64,000 nucleotides of DNA from an uncultured Pelagibacteraceae bacterium (GTDB lineage: Bacteria; Pseudomonadota; Alphaproteobacteria; Pelagibacterales; Pelagibacteraceae). The notes beneath the pieces are model-generated. The model was not told the origin of the DNA. It made no database searches and worked only from the letters and a program-made list of their open reading frames with translations. Positions 44,197-53,416 of this stretch are shown in pieces (position 1 is the first letter of the stretch; every line of letters begins with the position of its first letter). The stretch is taken from contig CACIKD010000001.1 in the NCBI GenBank assembly GCA_902587145.1, positions 122,805-186,804 of the forward strand, read 5' to 3'. Both the position numbers and the translations under genes were made by a program.

Positions 44197-44238
44197 GGAA
44201 GTATGTTATATCCGATAATGTTATAAAAAAAAAGTTTT

Positions 44239-44541
44239 TTATTTATTAGACTCAGGTATTTGAGGTAAACCTGTATCTTGGCTTTCTTCAAGTTCTAAAA
44301 CTGATTGGGTCTTACGAATTTCATCTCTATTAATTGCAACCAAAACAATACTGCAAATTATAAATAAAGAAGCAATTATAGCTGTCAATTTTGTTAAGAA
44401 AGTACCAACCGATCTTGCAGACGTGAAATTATCTTGTGAAACACCTAACCCTAAAGCACCACCTTCTGATCTTTGTAACAAGACTACGACTACTAAAATA
44501 ACTGCAAGTATAATATTTATGACAACAATTATGCTTTCCAT
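44239..44541 (-). CDS. secG: Preprotein translocase SecG
   Basis: VLLQRSEGGALG, LTKLT; between tpiA and pyrG. Confidence 0.96.
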   Translation of the reverse strand: MESIIVVINIILAVILVVVVLLQRSEGGALGLGVSQDNFTSARSVGTFLTKLTAIIASLFIICSIVLVAINRDEIRKTQSVLELEESQDTGLPQIPESNK

Positions 44542-44546
44542 GATGC

Positions 44547-45290
44547 TTATCTATAGTAATTTCTTATTATATCAATAAATTTTTTTGACGATTTAGATGC
44601 TCCGCCAACCAGAAAACCATCTATTTCTCTAATTTTTTTAAACAACTTTACACTATTTCCGTCAACTGATCCCCCGTACAACACTGGTGGACTTTTTGAT
44701 TTAAATATATTTTTTAAAGTTTTTTTTATAAAAGAGGTAGTTTTTGTTAATTCTTGTGAAGACGGTATTTTTCCAGTTCCAATTGACCAAATAGGCTCGT
44801 ATGCAATTATAATATTATTTTTATTAAATTTTCTATCAAGTACCTTGGTCAATTGTTTTTTAAGTACACTAAAAGTTTTTTTATTTCTTTTATGAGTTTT
44901 ATTTTCACCAATGCAAAAAACTACCTTTAAATTATTTTTTAGAGCAAAATAAACTTTATTTTTTAGAATGCTGTCTGTGTCTCCTTCGCTTCTATTGTCC
45001 GAATGGCCAACAAGAGTATACTTTGCTCCAACGCTTTTAAGCATGTACGAACTAATCGCCCCAGTATTAGAAGAAAATTGGTCTTTTTGATAACAGTTTT
45101 GTGAACCAATATTAATTTTTTTTCTTTTAAAATATTTTGAGTATGTCTCAATCAAAGTGTATGGAGGAGTAAAAATTACCTTGTATTTATTTCTATTTTT
45201 GTCTTTAGAGTAAAATGAATTAATTTTATTGAGTATTCCTATAGACTTAGGAATTCCAAACATTTTCCAATTTCCTATAAAATATTTCAT
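44547..45290 (-). CDS. tpiA: Triosephosphate isomerase
   Basis: GNWKM, GHS, AYEPIWSIGTG, YGGSV, VGGAS. Confidence 0.97.
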   Translation of the reverse strand: MKYFIGNWKMFGIPKSIGILNKINSFYSKDKNRNKYKVIFTPPYTLIETYSKYFKRKKINIGSQNCYQKDQFSSNTGAISSYMLKSVGAKYTLVGHSDNRSEGDTDSILKNKVYFALKNNLKVVFCIGENKTHKRNKKTFSVLKKQLTKVLDRKFNKNNIIIAYEPIWSIGTGKIPSSQELTKTTSFIKKTLKNIFKSKSPPVLYGGSVDGNSVKLFKKIREIDGFLVGGASKSSKKFIDIIRNYYR

Positions 45291-45355
45291 GATATTTTTT
45301 ATATTGAGTTTGATCTATTTGAATTAATAATTTATTAATTGTTTAAAATAATAAG

Positions 45356-46786
45356 ATGTTAAATTCAATAAAAAAATATTCAAAGACCTTTTTTTTTAAA
45401 GTTCTGGTTGGAATAATTATATTACCTTTTTTGTTTTGGGGGATGGGTGATGTTTTTAGTGGAGGCAGTCAGAATGTGGTAGCTAAAATCGACTCGGAAA
45501 AGGTCAGTACTAGAGATTTTGTTAATTATTTAAATGTTTTAAATTTAAATGAACAAGAACGTAAAGATTTATCAAAAACAGATTTAATTGACCAAATTTT
45601 ATCTGACTACATAGGTAAAAAAGTTCTTCTTTTAGAACTTGAGGATTTAAATGTAATACTTGGTGATAAATCTTTAAAAGAAATAATTATTAACGATAAA
45701 ACATTTTTTAAAGATAATAAATTTTCAAGAACAGAATATGAAAAATTTTTAATTTCAAACAGCTTGAGTGCACCTTTATTTGAAACAAACATGGCGGAAC
45801 AAGAAAAGAAAAGACAGTTGTTAAGTTACTTGTCTGGTGGAATTGAAATACCTAATTTTCTTGTTCAATATGAATTTAATACAGAAAATCAAACGAAAAA
45901 AATTGAATTTATTAATTTAAAAAAATTCTATGATAAAACAATCTCAGAAGAAAAAATCACAGAAATTTTTGAGAAAAATAAAAGTTTTTATACTGAAACA
46001 TTTAAAGATTTTAAATATGCTGAACTGACTCCATTAAATATAATTGGTGAAAACGATTATAATGAAATTTTCTTTAACAAAATTAATGAAATTGAAAATA
46101 AAATTTTAGACGGTGTTGAATTCAATCAAATAATAAAAGATTATAATTTAAATGAAAGTATAACTGGATTAATTAATCAAGAAAACAAATCTAAAATAGA
46201 TGCAAATTTAGTAAAAACTTTTTTTAAGATAAAAAATGAAAATATTGTGGAATTTATAAACCTAGAAAAAAAATATTATGTAGTACAAATGACAAAAGTT
46301 TCTCAAATCCAAAAAGACAAGAATGATAAAGAGGTGAGAGACTCAATAAAAGCTCAAATTAATATAGAAAACAAAATTACTGAAAACAGCAAATTAGCTA
46401 AAGATATTACAAACAAAAAATTTACAAGATCTCAGATGGATATCTTTGCGAAAGAAAATGCTCTTACTATAGAGTCTGTTACTTTGACTAAATTAAAAGG
46501 AAACAATACTTTTAGTTCTGGTGTAATAAAAAGAATATTTGAAACAGATGATAAATCAATAAATTTAATTACAGATAACATGCTTAAAGATAATTTTATA
46601 ATTTATTCAAAAGAAACAAAATTACCAAAAATAAAAAAACAAGACCAAGATTTTGATAATTTTAAATTAAAAGCTAAATTGAGACTTGCTAATAATATTT
46701 ACAATGTTTATGACCTAAGTTTAAACAGAAAGTATAATGTTGAAATCAATAATAAAACTTTGAACCGTATAAAAAATTCTTTTTAA
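45356..46786 (+). CDS. ppiD: PpiD-like periplasmic chaperone (SurA N-terminal domain)
   Basis: N-terminal TM anchor with FLFWGMGD, F..D.KF motif; conserved position between tpiA and trpE. Confidence 0.8.
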   Translation: MLNSIKKYSKTFFFKVLVGIIILPFLFWGMGDVFSGGSQNVVAKIDSEKVSTRDFVNYLNVLNLNEQERKDLSKTDLIDQILSDYIGKKVLLLELEDLNVILGDKSLKEIIINDKTFFKDNKFSRTEYEKFLISNSLSAPLFETNMAEQEKKRQLLSYLSGGIEIPNFLVQYEFNTENQTKKIEFINLKKFYDKTISEEKITEIFEKNKSFYTETFKDFKYAELTPLNIIGENDYNEIFFNKINEIENKILDGVEFNQIIKDYNLNESITGLINQENKSKIDANLVKTFFKIKNENIVEFINLEKKYYVVQMTKVSQIQKDKNDKEVRDSIKAQINIENKITENSKLAKDITNKKFTRSQMDIFAKENALTIESVTLTKLKGNNTFSSGVIKRIFETDDKSINLITDNMLKDNFIIYSKETKLPKIKKQDQDFDNFKLKAKLRLANNIYNVYDLSLNRKYNVEINNKTLNRIKNSF

Positions 46787-48243
46787 TGAAAATAAACGTA
46801 AGTTTTGAAAATTTTAAAAAAAAACATAAAAAAAGAAAAAATCAGATCCTTTTCGTTGAAAAGAGATGTTTGAATTATAAAAAGGTTGAGAATATATTTA
46901 ATTTAATTTTATCAAAGAAAAATAGCTTTATATTCGAGTCTGTAGAAAAAGGAAAAAATAGGGGTAGATACACTATTATAGGATACAATCCAGATAAGAT
47001 TTGGGATTTTAAAAAAAATAATTTAAAAATTTATTGTAATTTCAAGGTTAAAAACTTAAAGGTAAACCCTTTAAAATATATTAATAGTTTAACAAAAAAT
47101 TTTAAATTTAACTTACCGAAGAAAATACCTTCAATGTCTTCGATGTTAGTAGGTTATTTCTCTTACGATATTATAAGATATATCGAAAAAATTCCTGACC
47201 ATTGCAAAGATGATCTTAAAATACCCGATGTTAGAATACTTAGACCAAAAAATTTAATAATTTACGATAATTTAAAAAAGAAAATTTATTATTTATGTAA
47301 TATTTTTTCTGATACTAAAATTTCAAATTATTTTGAAGAATATGACAATATACAAAAGGAATTTAAAATACTTAATTTTTATGGTGAAATAAATTTACCT
47401 AAGAAACTGACTTTTAAAATTAATAAAAATAAAATTAAGTCAAATATAACAAAAAAACAATTTAAAAATAAAGTTCTTAAAGCAAAAGCATATATTAAAA
47501 AAGGAGATATTTTTCAGGTAGTATTAAGTCAAAGATTTGAACGAAAATTTGAGAAGAAACCTATTGAGATTTATAATTATCTTAGGGAGTCAAACCCGTC
47601 TCCTTTTATGTTTTATTTTAACTTTGATGACTTTAAAATTTTAGGTAGTAGTCCAGAAATTTTGGTAAGATTAAGAAATAATTTCGTCACAGTAAGACCA
47701 ATAGCAGGCACAAGACCTAGAGGAAACAATATAAAACAAGATAAAAAATTTAAAAATGATTTAATCAAAGATAAGAAGGAATTAGCCGAACATTTAATGT
47801 TATTAGATTTAGGCAGAAATGACGTTGGTAAAGTTTCAAAAATAAACAGTGTAAGAATAACAGAGAGTTTCAAAGTTGAAAAATACTCTCATGTAATGCA
47901 CATAGTTTCAAACGTAGTAGGTAAGTTTAATAAAAAAGTTTCGTCATTTGAGGTGTTATTAGCTGGTTTTCCCGCTGGAACAGTCAGTGGAGCACCAAAA
48001 ATAAGAGCTATGGAAATCATTGATGAATTAGAAAAAAATAGAAGAAATTTATATGCTGGAGGTATTGGATATTTTACCCCAAATAACGAATTTGATACGT
48101 GTATAGCTTTAAGAACAGCTCTAATTAAGAATAATAAATTTTTTGTACAAGCTGGAGCAGGTATTGTTGCTGATAGCAAACCAGAAAAAGAATTTGCTGA
48201 AACCGTAAATAAAGCAAAAGCTTTAATGAGAGCTGTTGATTAA
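46786..48243 (+). CDS. trpE: Anthranilate synthase component I
   Basis: FESV, GDIFQVVLS, NPSPFM, PIAGTRPRG, EHLMLLDLGRND, GTVSGAPK. Confidence 0.97.
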   Translation: MKINVSFENFKKKHKKRKNQILFVEKRCLNYKKVENIFNLILSKKNSFIFESVEKGKNRGRYTIIGYNPDKIWDFKKNNLKIYCNFKVKNLKVNPLKYINSLTKNFKFNLPKKIPSMSSMLVGYFSYDIIRYIEKIPDHCKDDLKIPDVRILRPKNLIIYDNLKKKIYYLCNIFSDTKISNYFEEYDNIQKEFKILNFYGEINLPKKLTFKINKNKIKSNITKKQFKNKVLKAKAYIKKGDIFQVVLSQRFERKFEKKPIEIYNYLRESNPSPFMFYFNFDDFKILGSSPEILVRLRNNFVTVRPIAGTRPRGNNIKQDKKFKNDLIKDKKELAEHLMLLDLGRNDVGKVSKINSVRITESFKVEKYSHVMHIVSNVVGKFNKKVSSFEVLLAGFPAGTVSGAPKIRAMEIIDELEKNRRNLYAGGIGYFTPNNEFDTCIALRTALIKNNKFFVQAGAGIVADSKPEKEFAETVNKAKALMRAVD

Positions 48244-48810
48244 ATGAAAGTTTTATTAATAGATAATTACGATAGTTTTACTTATAATTTGTATCATTAT
48301 ATTGCTAAGTTTAATAAAAATGTAGAAGTAATCAGAAATGACAAAATAAACAGCAAAGCTATTTTAAAAAGAAAATATCAAAAAATAGTTATATCACCAG
48401 GCCCTGGTAATCCAAATCAAGCTGGAAATTGTCTTCAAATTGTAAAAGATGTATACAAAAAAATTCCAATTCTTGGCGTCTGTCTAGGTCATCAAGTTAT
48501 CGGGCAAGCTTTTGGTGGAAAGATAGTGAATGCAAATAACTTAATGCACGGGAAAACAAGTAAAATTAAACACAAAAAAAAAGGATTGTTTAAAAATATA
48601 AAAAATAATTTTGAAGCCACTAGATACCATAGCTTAGTAGTTGATCGGAAAAGGCTGTCAAACAACCTAATAATTACTGCAGAGACAAAAAACAAGACTA
48701 TTATGGGCCTAATGCATAAAAACTATAATATTCATGGCTTTCAATTTCATCCTGAGAGTATTAGTACTAAAGTAGGAATGAAATTAATTGAAAACTTTAT
48801 AAAAAATTAA
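48244..48810 (+). CDS. trpG: Anthranilate synthase component II (glutamine amidotransferase)
   Basis: IDNYDSFTYN, SPGPG, GVCLGHQ, QFHPES. Confidence 0.96.
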   Translation: MKVLLIDNYDSFTYNLYHYIAKFNKNVEVIRNDKINSKAILKRKYQKIVISPGPGNPNQAGNCLQIVKDVYKKIPILGVCLGHQVIGQAFGGKIVNANNLMHGKTSKIKHKKKGLFKNIKNNFEATRYHSLVVDRKRLSNNLIITAETKNKTIMGLMHKNYNIHGFQFHPESISTKVGMKLIENFIKN

Positions 48811-48811
48811 A

Positions 48812-49810
48812 ATGTCAAATATCAAAGAAAAGTTAAAAAAAGGTCAAAACCTTTCTTTTGAAGAAAGTAAAATTCTTTTTTCAGAGCTTATGGAAGGGAA
48901 ATATAACGAGAGTTCAATTATAGATATACTAGAAAATCTTTTAGCAAAAGGTGAAACAAAAGATGAGCTTGCAGGTGGTATCTACATACTCAGAGAAAAA
49001 GCGAGCAAAGTAAATACAGATGAAAATACTATAGATACATGCGGCACTGGTGGTGACGGTCAAAACTCGCTTAATATTTCTACTGCTGCAGCTATAGTCT
49101 TAGCTAGTATGGGTGTAAAAGTTGCTAAGCACGGTAATAAAGCCGTCTCATCAAATTGCGGTTCTGCAGACGTACTTGAAGCTTTAAAAATTAATATTAA
49201 TTTGAGTCCTAAAGAAGCCGAGGAAAATATTAAAAAATTTAATTTTGCTTTTATGTTTGCCCCAAATTATCATTCTGCAATGAAATATGTTGGGCCTGCT
49301 AGAAAAAAAATGGGAAAGAAAACGATTTTTAATTTAATTGGACCTTTAAGTAGTCCTGCGCAGGTCAAAAGACAAGTGATTGGGGTATTTAATAAAAAAT
49401 GGATGAAGCCATTTGCAGAAGCTTTAAAAGAAAATGGTGTTGTCCATGCATATATTGTGCATAGCGATGATGGAATGGATGAAATTTCACCATTTGAAAA
49501 AACAAATGTGGTAGAACTAAAGGGCAATAGTATAAAGCAATTTTCAATAGATCCAAAAAGTCTTGGCTTAAATTCTACTAACAAAGAAAATTTAAAAGGA
49601 AGAAATGCTGAATATAACTCTGAAAAAATTATTGAAATTTACCAAGGAAAAAATAATGAATTTTCTCAAGCTGTAGCTTTAAATGTTGCTGCGGGTTTAA
49701 TTGTTTCTGGTAAAGAAAATGATTTTAAAACATCTTTTAAAAATGCTACAGAACATTTGAATTCAGGTAAAGTAATTCAACATTTAACTAAAATTCAATC
49801 TAACCAATGA
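48812..49810 (+). CDS. trpD: Anthranilate phosphoribosyltransferase
   Basis: DTCGTGGDG, KHGN, GSADVLE, DGMDE. Confidence 0.98.
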   Translation: MSNIKEKLKKGQNLSFEESKILFSELMEGKYNESSIIDILENLLAKGETKDELAGGIYILREKASKVNTDENTIDTCGTGGDGQNSLNISTAAAIVLASMGVKVAKHGNKAVSSNCGSADVLEALKININLSPKEAEENIKKFNFAFMFAPNYHSAMKYVGPARKKMGKKTIFNLIGPLSSPAQVKRQVIGVFNKKWMKPFAEALKENGVVHAYIVHSDDGMDEISPFEKTNVVELKGNSIKQFSIDPKSLGLNSTNKENLKGRNAEYNSEKIIEIYQGKNNEFSQAVALNVAAGLIVSGKENDFKTSFKNATEHLNSGKVIQHLTKIQSNQ

Positions 49811-50598
49811 AAAATATATTAGAAAAAATTATAAATGATAAAAAACAATCTTTAGAATTAATCAAAAAAGATAAGTCTTTAGATGCGCTAGAAAAAAATA
49901 TTAAAAATCAAAATTTTTTTAATTTCAAGGAAGCAATTCAAAAAAATAATGGTATTTCCATAATATCTGAGATTAAAAAAGCAAGTCCGTCCGCTGGCGT
50001 TCTTATTGATAATTTCAATCATTTGGAGATAGCAAAAATGTATGTTGAAAACGGCGCTACTTGTCTTTCAGTATTAACGGAAGAAAAGCATTTTTTAGGT
50101 AAATTAGAGTATATTCAAGATATAAAAAAAAAATTTAAAATACCTATTCTTGCAAAAGACTTTTTCATCGATCCTTATCAAATAGCTTTAGCCAAAAGTT
50201 ATGGAAGTGATTGTGTATTAATCATTATTGCTGCTTTAAATGGTAGTCAAGCTGATGAAATATATTCAGAGGCTTTAAAGTATAATTTATCTGTTATAGT
50301 AGAAGTGCATGATCTTAAAGAGGCTGAGATAGCTTTAAAATACGATCAAGCATTGATTGGAATAAATAATAGAAATTTGAAAAATTTAGATGTTTCTATT
50401 AATAATACGATCTCAATTTTTGAAGTTGTTAAAGCACATAAAGGGCCTCTATTATCTGAAAGCGGAATTAAGGATGAGAATGACGCAAAATACATTTACG
50501 AAAAAACAGGTATTAAAAATTTTCTGATTGGAGAATCACTTCTTAAATCCGACAAACCTGGTGAATTAATGAAAAGATTAATTCAAATAACTCAATAA
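49807..50598 (+). CDS. trpC: Indole-3-glycerol phosphate synthase
   Basis: EIKKASPS, LSVLTE, KDF, GINNRNL, SESG. Confidence 0.98.
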   Translation: MKNILEKIINDKKQSLELIKKDKSLDALEKNIKNQNFFNFKEAIQKNNGISIISEIKKASPSAGVLIDNFNHLEIAKMYVENGATCLSVLTEEKHFLGKLEYIQDIKKKFKIPILAKDFFIDPYQIALAKSYGSDCVLIIIAALNGSQADEIYSEALKYNLSVIVEVHDLKEAEIALKYDQALIGINNRNLKNLDVSINNTISIFEVVKAHKGPLLSESGIKDENDAKYIYEKTGIKNFLIGESLLKSDKPGELMKRLIQITQ

Positions 50599-50631
50599 AT
50601 CTAAGGCTTATTTGAAGTTGTAATTTAAAAA

Positions 50632-50667
50632 GAACTTTTATAGAACATAGATGTACGAGGTTTGTTC
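50632..50667. promoter_or_regulatory. Two alphaproteobacterial LexA (SOS) boxes in inverted arrangement
   Basis: GAAC-ttttata-GAAC (50632-50646, perfect) and GTAC-gaggttt-GTTC (50653-50667, one mismatch to GTTC-N7-GTTC). Confidence 0.88.
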
Positions 50668-50668
50668 T

Positions 50669-51343
50669 ATGCTTACAAAAAAACAAAAAAACTTATTAAT
50701 ATTTATTAATAAAAAAATTAGATCTTCAGGAATTTCACCATCTTATGAGGAGATGAAAAATTCACTCAACTTGAAGTCGAAATCTGGTATTCACAGATTA
50801 ATTAGTGCTCTAGAAGAAAGGGGCTTTGTTAAAAGATTGGCTCACAAAGCAAGAGCTTTGGAAGTGGTTAAGCTCCCAGAAAATGCAAGTGCTAATGATA
50901 TTTTTAATTCTTTCACACCCAGCGTAATTAAAGGTGGTTTAGATAAATCTAAAAGCAACTCTTCTAAAGTTTCTGTCTTGGGAAGTATTGCAGCTGGTAC
51001 TCCAATAGAAGCTATACAACATGAAGTTGATAAAGTTGCTTTACCAGAAGATTTGCAAAAAAATGGCGAATATTTTGGTTTAAAAGTTAAAGGCGACTCT
51101 ATGATTGAAGCTGGAATAAATGATGGCGACACAGTAATTATAAAAAAAACTTCTACTGCTGACACAGGGCAAATTGCTGTAGTGCTAATTGATGAACAAG
51201 AAGCTACCCTGAAGAGAATAAGAAAAAAAGGTAACACCATTGCTTTGGAAGCCGCTAACAAAAATTACGATACTAAAATATATGCTTCTAATAGAATAAA
51301 AATCCAAGGAAGATTAATTTCTTTATATAGAAACTTTCACTAA
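50669..51343 (+). CDS. lexA: SOS repressor LexA; likely start ATG 50669
   Basis: MLTKKQ, PSYEEM, SKSGIHRL, IAAG cleavage site, GDSM, TLK; GAGG RBS at 50657-50660. Confidence 0.97.
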   Translation: MLTKKQKNLLIFINKKIRSSGISPSYEEMKNSLNLKSKSGIHRLISALEERGFVKRLAHKARALEVVKLPENASANDIFNSFTPSVIKGGLDKSKSNSSKVSVLGSIAAGTPIEAIQHEVDKVALPEDLQKNGEYFGLKVKGDSMIEAGINDGDTVIIKKTSTADTGQIAVVLIDEQEATLKRIRKKGNTIALEAANKNYDTKIYASNRIKIQGRLISLYRNFH

Positions 51344-51362
51344 AATAGTCTAAAAATACTGA

Positions 51363-52754
51363 ATGTCTTTTAATTGTAGGTTTGCTCCATCCCCTACTGG
51401 TCCACTTCATATCGGAGGTGTCAGAACAGCTTTATTTAATTGGTTGTTGGCTAAGAAAAATAAAGGAAAATATTTTTTGAGAATAGAAGATACTGATAAA
51501 GAAAGATCTAAGGAAGAGTTTAAAAAACAAATTATTTCATCATTAGCGTGGTTAGGCATTGAACATGAGGGCGAAGAATATATTCAGTCAAAAAATATTT
51601 CTAAACATGTGGCTGTAGCAGAAGATCTTATAAAAAAAGGTTTTGCATACGCATGTTATTGCTCAGAGGAAGAAATAAATGAACAAAAAGAAAAATGTAA
51701 AAAACAAGGAATACCATATGTATATAATAGAAAATGGAGAGACGCTAAAGATTTAAAAATACCAAAAGATGTTAAACCAGTAATAAGATTTAAAAGTAAA
51801 ATATCTGGAAATACGATTATAAAAGATTTGGTTCAAGGAGAAAGAAATATCTCAAATTCTACTATTGAAGATTTTGTCATATTAAGAAAAGACAAATCTC
51901 CTACCTATCAGCTATCAGCAACTGTAGATGACCATGAGATGAAAATTACTCATGTGATAAGAGGTGATGATCATATGATTAATTCTTTTAAGCAAAAACA
52001 AATTTATGATGCAATGGGATGGGAAGTTCCCAAATTTGCTCATATACCTTTAATTCATAGTGAGAAAGGTAAAAAACTTTCCAAGAGAGATAATGCCTCA
52101 ACAATAAATGATTATATTAAAATTGGTATCATACCAGAGGCTTTAAGAAATTATTTATTAAGATTAGGTTGGTCTTACAAAGATAAAGAAATTTTTTCAC
52201 TTAAAGAAAGTATAGAGTTATTCAATTTTGAGGGGATAGGTAAATCACCCTCTAAATTAGATATGTCTAGAATTTTATCAATGAATGAAACTTATATAAA
52301 ATCTATGAACGAAAAAAAATTGTTCGATAAATTGTTAGAATTTTCTAATAAGTTCAAAATAAATATTGATAAATCTAAAGAAAGCATAATCTTCAAGTCA
52401 TTAAATTTTTTAAAAAATAAAGCAAAAACACTTGAAGATATCTATAAAAACTCAGGCTATATACTTAATGATAACTTAAAGATATCAAGTGAGGATAAAT
52501 CTTTGATTGATAAAAAATCTAAAGATATTATCAAAAATTTCATAGAAGACTTTGAGGCATTAAAAGATTTAAATAAAACAAGCTTAGAGCCAATTATTAA
52601 AAATTTAATCGATAAACACAAAACTAATTTTAAAGGTGTTGGACAACCATTGAGAATTGGCTTAGTTGGTACAAAATTTGGACCTGGTATTTATGACATT
52701 ATTTTATCTTTAGATAAAGCTACTGTAATAAACAGGTTAAAAAAATTAGTCTAA
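51363..52754 (+). CDS. gltX: Glutamate--tRNA ligase
   Basis: RFAPSPTG, HIGG, RIEDTD, RGDDH, KLSKR. Confidence 0.99.
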   Translation: MSFNCRFAPSPTGPLHIGGVRTALFNWLLAKKNKGKYFLRIEDTDKERSKEEFKKQIISSLAWLGIEHEGEEYIQSKNISKHVAVAEDLIKKGFAYACYCSEEEINEQKEKCKKQGIPYVYNRKWRDAKDLKIPKDVKPVIRFKSKISGNTIIKDLVQGERNISNSTIEDFVILRKDKSPTYQLSATVDDHEMKITHVIRGDDHMINSFKQKQIYDAMGWEVPKFAHIPLIHSEKGKKLSKRDNASTINDYIKIGIIPEALRNYLLRLGWSYKDKEIFSLKESIELFNFEGIGKSPSKLDMSRILSMNETYIKSMNEKKLFDKLLEFSNKFKINIDKSKESIIFKSLNFLKNKAKTLEDIYKNSGYILNDNLKISSEDKSLIDKKSKDIIKNFIEDFEALKDLNKTSLEPIIKNLIDKHKTNFKGVGQPLRIGLVGTKFGPGIYDIILSLDKATVINRLKKLV

Positions 52755-53416
52755 TGTCGAAACCATATTTATTTAGTCCAAGTGAATTTGCATTTGGATA
52801 CTCAGGATGCAAAAGATGTTACTACGATCTAAAGGTAAACGATGTAAGAATAAATTTTGGTTTCCCGTCTATATTTTCAAAGATAGATTCAATTCAAAAA
52901 AAATTTTATCACAATAAACCCTCAAAATTTTTGAATTCTAATAAAGTGCCTGAGGGAATAATAAAAACAGATTACGCCAAGCTACATAAATCTGAAGTCC
53001 TTTATGACCATAAAGATAGAGCATTTCAATTAAGAGGTAAAATCGACGCTTATATTGATCATAAAGATTTTTTTTCAATAATAGATTTTAAGGTAACAAA
53101 CATAAATGAAAAAAAATCATTAACATACATGACACAATTAAATAGTTATGCAATTATGTTTGAAAAACCAGATCAAAACTATTTAAAATTAGATCCAGTA
53201 AAAAACCTGGGAATTTTTTGTTTTGAGCCAGAAAATTTAATATTAAAAAATACACCAGCACTTGAAATGTCTACACAATATTTTGAAATTAAAAGAAATG
53301 ATGATTTATACTTAAAATTTATAACTGACGTAATAGATTTTTTAGAAGGTGATATCCCAGGTTTAAATAACGAATGTAGTCTTTGTAATTTAAAATTACA
53401 AACTTTTCCTAATTGA
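52754..53416 (+). CDS. PD-(D/E)XK nuclease, Cas4/RecB-like, with N- and C-terminal CxxC
   Basis: SPS...CKRC, GKID, IDFK, QLNSY (QxxxY), CSLC. Confidence 0.82.
   Translation: MSKPYLFSPSEFAFGYSGCKRCYYDLKVNDVRINFGFPSIFSKIDSIQKKFYHNKPSKFLNSNKVPEGIIKTDYAKLHKSEVLYDHKDRAFQLRGKIDAYIDHKDFFSIIDFKVTNINEKKSLTYMTQLNSYAIMFEKPDQNYLKLDPVKNLGIFCFEPENLILKNTPALEMSTQYFEIKRNDDLYLKFITDVIDFLEGDIPGLNNECSLCNLKLQTFPN

Noticed and set aside
45322-45340. Perfect AT dyad AATTAATAA-T-TTATTAATT between tpiA and ppiD, matching the CtrA box TTAA-N7-TTAA
   Set aside because: Pure A/T matches are likely by chance at this base composition, and there is no evidence for CtrA here (thought to be absent in Pelagibacter).
50651-50668. 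lexA start at 50651 as in the ORF track
   Set aside because: This segment contains the SOS box and the GAGG RBS. MLTKKQ at 50669 matches typical alphaproteobacterial LexA N-termini.
52754-53416. CRISPR-Cas locus around the Cas4-like gene
   Set aside because: No repeat-spacer array and no other cas genes; flanked by gltX and lpxB.
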